Positions 8,421 through 18,253 of a stretch of 20,622 nt of DNA are shown here, one piece after another. Under the pieces are notes generated by a model that was not told the DNA's origin, did not search any database, and worked only from the letters and a program-made list of their open reading frames with translations. Origin of the DNA: Vermamoeba vermiformis. Its lineage: Eukaryota. A program made the position numbers and the translations under genes. Numbering within the stretch: the first letter of the stretch is position 1; each line of letters opens with the position of its first letter. Where the stretch lies: the NCBI GenBank assembly GCA_045837725.1, contig JBEWZL010000126.1:434001-454622 (forward strand). The letters run 5' to 3'.

Positions 8421-11400
8421 CTAGATCTGCGGATCCTCGCTCATGCTAGAGTCGTCCTCTTTATCGTCGCTATTGTACTCCTCGCGCGTTGGTTTCAGAC
8501 CTTTGAATCGAGTGGAGACCTTCACTAAGGCTTCTTCAGCAATTCCCCACTTGAAGAGCGGTTGATCGAGCTGTTCTTCCGTGATCTGACAAACACGTGC
8601 ATAACGACCTGATCCTAGTCGCAATTCGATATCCCACGACTGCGTTAATGCTATGCCAAGCTCTTTCATCAAATCAGCAATTGTTCCGTCAATGCGCATC
8701 CACACTTGTCGAACAATGTGGTGCTCGTTGAGTTTAATGTGAATGACTCTGAAGTGCATCATGCCCTTGCTCGACGAGGCCATGATCGAGTGCGGCTTCA
8801 GACGACCTTCAGAGATGTCGGCCAAGACATTGTTGGGGTTGTGTTCATTCTTCAATGCGATGTAAATATCCAGATCAATGCCCGTCACACCGCTGTCATC
8901 TGGCAGACCCTACGCCACAAATTAATACAAGTGTGTAGGTGGGTAATATATTGCCTGGCTAGCTTACCTGAAATATCACTCCCAAGAAGTAGCCAATGGC
9001 ACTGAGTGTCGCGCACAGTGACAACTTTGAGGTCGTGTGACCACCTCCACTAGCCAGTAATGGCAAGCTGAATTTAAGCCGTTTGTTGCCGTGCTTATCG
9101 ACTATACTGCCTTGTTCGTAGCACTTGATGCCGTGCTTTAAGAACGATTTGACGGCTTTGAAAATACGACCGGGAGAACCACCTCCTGTTGCTTCAGTGC
9201 CGCACAACAACCACAGTTGGAATCGATTGCTTATAGTGCCCATGCCTAATTGGTCAGGGTGAGTACTCGAGTCATAATATTGAAATAACACTTACGTTTG
9301 ACGCCACCATACTTCGGCACGTCAACGCCAAGAGCACCGTTCAAGAGATGAAGTTCTTCTAATTTCTTGCGATCATTTCGCAGCAGTGAGGCCAATACTT
9401 GACTGCCAAATACATTTGCAAGCACGTATCTATCTTGTCGCTTGATCACACCCACTGATGCAGCCACTAATTGACGGTAAGTACTCGAGTACAAAAACAA
9501 AATGCGAGCTCCTTACCGTGTCCCGTGATAGTCTTCGTGTCCATTACTTGATTCAATATTCGAACTTGTGCAAAGTCGCCAACAGGAATGCTATCATCGT
9601 GTTAGAGTTGATGAGGCTAAGTGGCTGGCAACTTACACAATCTTTTTGAACGGCGAGAAATTGACACCATCGTACACTTTCTTTTCTTCTTTGCTCACAT
9701 TCAGTTTATTTTGGAGGAAGTACGGCATTTGAGGTGTAGGCGCTACCCAGCCGAGAGCAGCGATTTCCCTGCTCGTGCGTTAGACCTATTAACACATCGA
9801 GATGAGTACTTACTTGAGTGCTTTGTTCGTAAGTTTCACTCGCTGCATGAATGGCAAGCTAGGGTCGAAGTGAATAGTCTGAATGTTGAAGTTCATCTGC
9901 AGATGTTGCACACGTGTCGGTGATACTTCATCGGGCGTGAGCCAAAAGTGAGGTCCAATGCCACCACCGAGACCTTCAGACACTTCATCGAGAATGCCTA
10001 ACAAATCACGATCTCTGAGCGATGTGCCAATAAAAAGGAAGCTGTACTCGGATGAAAGTTGTCTCAACAGCTCGTTCAGTGAAATGTCGCGCACCATCAC
10101 AGCTCTGTAGTCAGCATGTGACAGCACGAGTTCCTTACGACCACGTTCAGAGAAATCTCCGTGAAGCTTTAGTAACATTGGAGGCCGTCTTTGTGACTTC
10201 AACTCGGCGTAGAACAAGTGCACGTCTTCTCTGAATCTGACGGGCAAGTGCGTGCCTTCACGCAATGCGAACTTTGAAATCTTAACTTCATTGGCAGAAC
10301 TCTTGCTTATCCATGGGGCTTGATAGGACTACAGACGTTGTTAATTATAGCAAATATTAATCATAGAATGAACAGCATACCTGCTCTAACATCGCGTCCC
10401 AGTTTGTAGTCAAAAGTGCAGGCCAGGGTCCGCACACTAGCGGCTGTAGGTCTTGCAATGTCATGTCAAACATTGAGTATTTCGAGGGTGCATTTTGGAC
10501 ACTATTGCGTTTCTTTTTTCTTCCACTACCATTATTGTTGTTGTTGCTATTGTTGGTATTGTTGTTAGAATTGCTCGTTGTCGAAGCACTCGTGGTTGAG
10601 GAACTCGTAGTACTGTCACCACTTTCGGACGCATTATCAACGGCATTGGGATTGGCTGAGATGTGTTTCTCTCTGTTTTCAGGGATCTCTGCTGCTTTCC
10701 GTTCGAACTCTTTGAACTTCTGTTCGATGCTGCTCCACATGTCTTTGCCTTGCATTTTCAGATTTGAACAGCCGAATTGCGCCAAGACAGTCAAGTCTTC
10801 AGTCTGTCGAGCGCGCTCATAGTCATCTAACTGACCTGCTTCTTCCCACAGCAACTTCACAACACCTTCCCAGCCACCATAGCTGCACGAGACAGGTTAG
10901 TTTGGTCCCTCTCAATATATGCTCAATAGACGGTACGTACATATTGTAAGTGACACCTGCGCCAATCCAAGGCACAACACGACGTCTCGAAAGTCTGTGA
11001 ATCAATGCTTCAATGATGCTCGGTGACGCCATTGACTGTTCCAATGCACCTTCTTTTTTAGAGCGACGTCTAAATACAGGAGTGGGTGTTGGATTAGGTG
11101 ATGGCGGTAGCGGCGTTGTTGAGGCTGAATCAGTGAGGCTTTCAGTGGATGGGGCTCTGGAGATCTGATCGCTGCTGTCAAGCTCCGGAGCAATCGTGTC
11201 GCTGCTCGTTGTTAATAAAACATTCTTCTTAAACGCTCTTTTAGCCGTCGAGTCTTTGATTGGCTTTCCTTTCTGTAGCTCGATATATTGCTTCAATGGA
11301 GCGATTTTGTTGCTTCCTGTACATGTCGCGATTTAAATTTATATTTATATTTTAAAATTATTAATGGGTTGATTTGTAAATAGAAGTGGTATTATTGATA

Positions 11401-11623
11401 ATTGGCTATTTTATAAATTAATAATTAATTTTATTCATAGCATTCAGATCTAGCTGATTACTTACGACTTCGTGGAGTGTATTGAGGCTAAATTTAAATG
11501 TTATTATGGCTATCATTGTTGAACTGCACGTACCTTTGATTTTGAAGGAGCAGATCCAACCGCTCCTATCACAGTTATGCCAAATAAGAATAAGAACACA
11601 TATAAACAAAAGTATATAAACAT
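8421..11623 (-). CDS. Multidomain protein with a SIR2-like (SIR2_2, NADase-type) domain, a putative divergent macrodomain and a putative ubiquitin-like domain (~750-880 aa; 5' end uncertain). Exons [11623-11534, 11487-11466], 11316-10941, 10882-10381, 10328-9814, 9768-9637, 9590-9517, 9466-9296, 9245-8968, 8909-8421
   Basis: Exons join in frame through GT-AG introns. SIR2 motifs VVPWIGAGVT, GGWEGVV, LLTTNWD, LLKLHGD, LVLSHADY, FLFIGTSLRDRDL and PHFWL are present, with no sirtuin CxxC zinc motifs. Downstream FSLPLLASGGG is macro-like, and TIADLMKEL...LDQPLFKWGIAEEALVKV is Ubl-like. An alternative internal ATG lies at 11032. Confidence 0.85.
10528..10625 (-). repeat. Low-complexity Ser/Thr and poly-Asn (AAC/AAT) tract inside the SIR2 domain
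   Basis: Encodes GDSTTSSSTTSASTTSNSNNNTNNSNNNNNG; the plus strand shows (ttg/tta)n runs. Confidence 0.85.
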
Positions 11624-11768
11624 ATTTACAATTTACATTTGAGGTTATCTACGCAAAATAATACGAATGAATGAATCACCGAAAAACGTCAGAACAGGCC
11701 AATTTCCGTTTCAGTAATTTTCTCAACTTTCAATTCGTTATTTGCACTATGACGACCGATTATACTCC

Positions 11769-12920
11769 TCAACTTTGCGTATTTTCTTTCGTGCCAATAA
11801 ACTGATAGTAATCCACAACGATTGGTTTGCGCACCAAGTCATCGCCCTCATTCACAGGCCAGCGTTCACTCGCTGCATTGACGAGCGTCACATTGTCGAT
11901 CACTTGAAAGCCATAGCCTTCGTGCACATGGCCTATGTGATAAAGACACGAGTCAGTAGTGATCGTGACAGGACTGAATGGACACAGCTAGTGCCAGTAA
12001 GTTAGGTTCGTACCAAACACGTGCAAGTGTGGCTTGATCTCTTCCAACACACGCTTCTTCAAGGCTCTGCAGCCCCAATGCCGACCATTGGCCGCGAGGT
12101 CCATGATTGAGTGCGGCGGCATGTGGCTATCGAAGGGACCGTGATCAGTTTACATTTAATAGCTACTTAGTGCCAATGTCTCTTACGTAATTAAAATATC
12201 CACTTCATTAGGAATCAGCGCCCACTTCTCTTTTAAATTGTCTTTGGAACAACTGAATGCCATGTTTCTACGAGGTGGTAAAATGCGTCAGCAATGAGGG
12301 TGCTTATTCACGGTGTTTTAATACGTACCGACTGCCTTGCCACGGTGTACCATATATTTTCAAGCCTTCGATCTCAATAAATGTGTCTTGCAGGTAAACG
12401 CCTGAAAATTCTAATGAGATCCGGGTATCTCTTCGTGCGCTGACTTACAGTTGTATAATAATCGATCGATTTTTTCTTTTGAATATCTGTTGAACAAGTA
12501 TTCATGGTTTCTATGCACAGGTGCGTAAGCGAAATTGGATCGAATAAAAAAATAATTCATCTTCATACCCAGCAATTACAACTCTGTGTTTGAAATTCTG
12601 CTTGCCCAACCACTTATTGAAATCTTTGTACACTGCTTTCTCCTTGCTGCGCTTCACAAAGTCGCCTAATAAATTTAAAATTAAAGACCTAACGTATTAA
12701 TTAACCTACCTGCATGAATCAATACATCGCCTTCTGGAATTTTGAGCTAATGGATTTGGGGTGTAAATAAAATTATTAAGCATATTGGATGTGGACGTAC
12801 ATGTGGATGCAAGTTGTGCGTGTCGCTTATTAAAACTAACCGCCATTTCTTATAATTTTTGCTATTTTTTTGTGCGTCAGTTAAGCCGTATGGTACCTCT
12901 AATATAGGCACGTTGTCCAT
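11769..12920 (-). CDS. Calcineurin-like metallophosphoesterase, MPPED1/2 (239FB)-like, about 8 exons
   Basis: Spliced motifs RLVLISDTHN, IPEGDVLIHAGDF, VVIAGNHE, YLQD...GLKIYGTPWQ, VDILITHMPP, GCRALKKRV and PHLHVFGHVHEGYG. ATG at 12920, TGA at 11771-11769. Confidence 0.92.
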
Positions 12921-13007
12921 TGTGTTCGCGAGTGAGTCAAAAGAAAAAACACGAAATTTTCAAAATTATAACATTTTGCAACGACACCAAGCCACGCATG
13001 ACAAATT
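12921..13007. promoter_or_regulatory. Putative bidirectional promoter: 87 bp between divergent start codons of the metallophosphoesterase and ARM genes
   Basis: The head-to-head ATGs are at 12920 (-) and 13008 (+). A regulatory function is inferred from geometry only. Confidence 0.55.
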
Positions 13008-16000
13008 ATGAGCACGAAAAAGGTGTCTAATAGCAATGAAGAGCAAACAGACTTGCCCAAACAACAAAAGATATTCAACAAATTAAGTGCCTCTTTGCAA
13101 TTCTTCAGGAAAAAGCTTTTCCCAACACAAAATGAGGTAAATTAGCCAATAATATATCGGATGTAATTTTAGTAATATTTATTTTTTGATTGGCTCAGTT
13201 AGAATATTTTGATTAATTTTTTTGTGATTTTAACCAATTTTCCACTAGATCTTGGACCAGCAATTACGCACTATACTCAAGGCATACAACGCAAACGACA
13301 AGCAAGAATTTTTTCGCTTAATATCTCAATTTGAAAAACGCCGAAACGTGCCGTTTGAATTGACGTACTACGTTCTTGACACTCGCAAATTTTTCAGTAC
13401 TTTGTTGCGCGATATAACAAAACATCCTGCTGACAAAGAGATCGTCATTAGAATAGTCGATGCGTTGATTAGCAGCTTTGAAAATGTTAGCCGAGAACGT
13501 GCACTCAAATTATTGCGATTTTATCAACTGCTCAGCTGCTTTGACGGTAAGTGTCTCATATTGTTATTAATCAAGCTAAATTCAAGCAATATTATACTCG
13601 TATTAACAATACTATTGCTTGACAAGTTGTTTTTTGTTTGACATTCTGACACGTGACTTTGCAGTGAATTTCGTGCAAGTATTTACAGCAAAAGGAGGCT
13701 ACGAAGTACTCAATAAGCTGATCTTGAAGTGGAATGACGAAGAGTTCTTGACTTCCATCGTGGTAGTGCTCGGATCCACGATCATGTGTACGTGAAACAC
13801 CAGCGTAAAATTACAAATATTAATTATTTACCGTAGTTATATCAAAGCCGAAAGTCGAGCAATATCACAGCTTAAAAGAGAATATTATCGATCACGCAGC
13901 TCGGAGTTTGGAGTCCAAATCATCGGTCGAATTCATCGTTCAAACATTAATTTTGTTGTTCTTCACGCCAGGTACGAAACAATGTTGGCGTATTATAGCG
14001 TGATGTTTAATATGCTAAATAATCTAATAACAGATAGTATATTGAACTACGAGCGAGCAGTTCATTTGGGCATTCAAGCCATGAACACGTATCCCAACAA
14101 CCGAATTGTATTGCACGCAGCTTATTTCCTGCTCGCAATTAGAATCAAAGGTACTTTATTCACGCTATTATATAAGATGTAGAATATGTATTATTATTAA
14201 CACGTGCGTAGAATTGTTCACAAAGTTCGCACCTAAGTTGAAAGATGTGCTGCGACCGTTGTTCACGAACGACCTCATCCACGTGACGAAAAATCCACCA
14301 GTTCCGAAGACGAGTTACATATTAGATGAAAGCGCACAATTGTTATTGTCGCCTGAATACACCAATCGGAGTCAAGTACCTGAGCTGCAGACGACGGAGT
14401 TGTTCTTCTTAGAAATGGCCTTTAATTATTTGCAACAGCACGGTAATTACTTGTACCTCGCTGAATATCTCGTCTAATAACAAACAGATTCGCCGGAGGA
14501 GTTGAAGTACTTTTTGGACAACAGAATCTTTGCGCTTATTATCAACGAAGTCAAGAATAGTTATTCTTTCGCTGCATTCCCGTTTAGGGCGTTGAGAGCA
14601 GCGACCAAATTTAGTAGGTTACTAGACTAATTGGATAAAATAGACTAATCTTATTTAGTGCCGACGGTTTACTACACGGACATTGTGAATTTAACAAAAA
14701 AAATTATGTTGTCCGAATCAGCAATACCCGCGCGACATACATGCACGGTCCTATTCTCCACACTTCAGTTCATGGACGAAGATGTCATCAGATCCACCGC
14801 TGAAGAAACTGTTTCAACAGTATTCGACAAGATTGACAAGAACATCAAAGACAAGCGCACAATGTTGGCTGGAGTCACTCTTTTGCGCTTATATTTCTCA
14901 ATTTCTAGCTCGGCAATAGGTAAGGAGCGTTTTTTCCTTTTAAGGCAATTTCTAATGTCGCTCGATTAGTGGAGCAAATCATCCAGGAGACAGGCACGTC
15001 TGTGTTCCTGAATATGATCAAACACGTGATTGCAGACAACGACAGAGATCGGATGGTGGAAGTGTTAATTATGCTCAAAGAATCTGCTACATTCAGTCCA
15101 CGTAAGTATCACTCATAGTGCGATGTATAGACCGCCAATTCACACTGTGCTCTTAGGTTGTCGCGAGTTCTTTGTCAGCGAGAAGTTCATTATGAGTGCT
15201 ATTGATATCATTAATGCGTTCCTTGGGCACGCGGAAGTGTTGAACAAACTGATCCGGTTGTTCGTCAATTCCGTGTCGCAATATGGTACGTCTTAATCAT
15301 CTAACTACTACAAATACACATCTTAACTGGATTATAGAGACACTATTCAACCAGCTATTTGAGTCTCCAATCTTCGCGTACGTGACATCAATAATGGCGC
15401 GTTATCAAAAAGAAGAAAATATCTTGGACGCTGGCTGTAAATTTTTAGCGACTTACGGCCTATATGGTAACTAACATAATCGTAATATTATATTGATGCT
15501 AACCGATCTATCGCACAGAATTGGGTCGCAAATCAGCGCACTCGTTAAACATCATTCGCCAGCTGTACGATATCATCAAAGACATGGACTCGCCTGTAGT
15601 TATTGAAAGTGCGCTATTCACTCTTGTACATTTCTTAAGCGGCACTCCAGGTGAGAGCACAAGAGATTTATTTTTATTATTTTGTTCTAACCTTCACGTT
15701 GACAACAGCGAAGTCCGAACATACGTTAGAAGATAGTCAATACGAGTTACTCAGTAGACGATTGGCCACTGCCTTGTGCATTCATCAGGATAGACCAGAG
15801 ATGTTCAAAAATGCATCGAAGGTGTTGTATTTCATGTGCCTGCAAGGCAAGGGCCACAACATCAAAGAAGAGCACGTGAAAGATATTCTCGAAGGACTAG
15901 ACGCATATAGAACGCAGCCTATTGACGGCAGTGAGATGTCGCTGTCCCATATCATTGCCATGTTGCTGACAGTGACGTCGTTGCGTAAGTTATTTGACAC

Positions 16001-18123
16001 GGTCACATCAAGTCTAATCACACGACGCAGCCTCGATGAAAGAGAATCCGCTGAATGACAAGGCTTATGATTTCATTATGGACGTCGTCAAGAACAACTT
16101 GGACGAGGCTTTCAGGCTGCGATTCTTCATGGCGTTGTCCGACACTCAAATCACCACCAACAGTAAGCGCGACTGAGTACTGATAGTGCAGATATTGAAC
16201 TGACTCTGATTTCAGCCGAGAATGTGACGAGGTTGATGGACCGAGGTGTGCTGCCTATTCTCCTCGAGTACATCGAACAGCACCTGAAACACGAGCAGTT
16301 AGGATTTGCACACAATGTCATGGCAAAGCTGTGCGCTATTCGTAAGTGCAATGTGCAGTCTAAGCGGTCGATCTAACAACTCTTATTTAGCTGAAAACAT
16401 TCCCACGGTTGCTGATCACGGCATGCCGCTAATATTCCGCAGTTTCCAAGAACAGAAAAACAACGACATGCTTCATCATTATGGTCTGAAGGCACTGGCA
16501 ATGATGAGTCAATCAGGTACGACAAACCCTCTATTCTGCTCGCTAGTTAATAACATTTTGACAGATGCCATCAAACGTCGCTTTGGGCGAGTTAGCATTG
16601 CATTGACACTCGAGACTATGAGCACGTTCATTGACATCCCTGAGATAGTCATCAACGGCACAGTAGCGCTATTTAATCTTGCCGTCGGATCTTGTAAGTA
16701 TTGTTTGTCTTATCCTTATATGGCTAACGCGATCACTATTAAGCTCCGAGTGTACGCATTGACATGCATACTTTGCACGGCATTCATACGTTGATGAAAA
16801 TATTGAGGCACAGACTGCCTATGGTCGTCAAAAACAACGTCATTTTGTTGTTGCGAGTCCTTTGTTCATATGGTAAATAGCTCTACTTGCCTTCCTATGC
16901 ACTACTAATCAGTACCTTTAGATGAGAATTGCATTGATTTCTTGGAAGAGAATGGATTGGAAGAGCTGCTGAATGTAGCCAAGCAATTCCCAGAAGAGAA
17001 ATCAATGATCGGCGAGATATTAGTGACCATTGGTGTCGTTGTCGAGGCCGAATACAAGAACAGTCAGTTGTGTAAGTTGATAGAGCCAGCTTTCAAAGTG
17101 AAATCTGTCGGATCTAACAATGTTCGCAGTGGATTACCTCAAGAAGAGCGGCGAGTACATCATTCAATTCGCTAGAAACGCACTAAAAATGTCGTTGGAA
17201 ATCAAAACACGTGCAGCGAACTTGCTTTCAGATTTGTCATTCCACAGTGAGTGTTTGACACGTGTCATTTGAGCTGCTGTCTAATCTTCGAGTAGATTTC
17301 CTCGTTAGTTCTATACTTGGCAATGGTGGTCTGGGCGCGGTGCTCGATTGCTACACAATGCACGCGGACGATGTTGCTTTGGTGGCAAATGTACTGCGCT
17401 TGTTGCTCAACTGCTCGCGCACTGACGCATTTTGTAAGTACCTCCGCTTTAGCTGTCTTAGGCTAGTATTAATAACTTCATTAGACAACACGGTGTCATT
17501 GGCTACAGTCAACACGATTATCATTCCAATGATGATGACGCACTTGGACGATCACCTCAACGACGAAGAAACTTCGTTCAATCAAATGTACCCCGCTGGC
17601 TTCTTTGCCAATCTTATTCAATTTGGCGGCGATTACAACAAGTGGCACCTCGACATCCCACAGCTGGCCAGTCGTATTCTCGTGGTCATTGAAAAACACT
17701 CGTCACACGCACAGCTGTTATATCACTGCTTCAGATTAATACGAGACTTGGCTAAAGGTGCGTTGTGACTCGTCATGACTATGCAAAAGTGCTTATGAAT
17801 AACTTTTTAACAGAGCCGAGAGTGGTGCCTATCATCGCAGAGAAGTTGGATGTGTTAATGTCGAAGCTGAAAGATAAGAACTTCAATATAGAAGCATTGC
17901 AAGCCGCTGGCATGGAGCTCATGGCACAAGTGTGCAGTTTAGGTATGTTGCGTGTATATCAGCGCCGAACGACTTTACTGATGATTGGTTGGCAGATGTC
18001 GGTTTGAATCAATTCGTCATTCTGAACGGCAGTGAGTGGATGGAGCAAATTAAAACAGAATACAGTTCTAATCAACGAATTGGCACGGCGTACGACAAAA
18101 TTACGAAGGCTTTGCACAAATAA
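13008..18123 (+). CDS. Large armadillo-like (ARM) helical-repeat protein, 24 exons, ~1264 aa
   Basis: Exons 13008-13136, 13249-13546, 13665-13787, 13837-13971, 14034-14150, 14212-14442, 14488-14613, 14659-14919, 14970-15101, 15157-15285, 15338-15466, 15519-15650, 15709-15984, 16031-16162, 16216-16341, 16391-16516, 16565-16693, 16744-16872, 16922-17071, 17130-17246, 17296-17433, 17485-17757, 17814-17942, 17996-18123. The ~43-aa amphipathic units include AMNTYPNNRIVLHAAYFLLAI, TMSTFIDIPEIVINGTVALFNLA and ENGLEELLNVAKQFPEEKSM. Confidence 0.82.
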
Positions 18124-18253
18124 AATCTGATTCAGATTTTGTAATTGACAGCCTGTCACATTTTGCGGTATCGAATCAGCAATTATTCATTCTCGATTGA
18201 TTCGTTTTGTTAGAGCACGCGCTAATTTTTTTCTCTAATTACTAGTATAAACA

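Noticed and set aside
10463-10822. Plus-strand ORF with a long poly-Leu 'transmembrane' run
   Set aside because: It is the reverse complement of the poly-Asn tract in the SIR2 gene.
11566-11800. Obligate fusion of the metallophosphoesterase with the SIR2 gene
   Set aside because: The phosphoesterase has a complete domain and an in-frame TGA at 11771-11769. Only weak, non-consensus donors could bypass it.
12862-12896. Apparent 35-nt GT-AG intron near the metallophosphoesterase start
   Set aside because: Removing it causes a frameshift and stop, whereas the unspliced sequence reads through in frame to the DTH motif.
13008-18123. SARM1- or LRRK2/Roco-like identity for the ARM protein
   Set aside because: No SAM, TIR, LRR, ROC or kinase domain is visible; the protein ends after the helical repeats.
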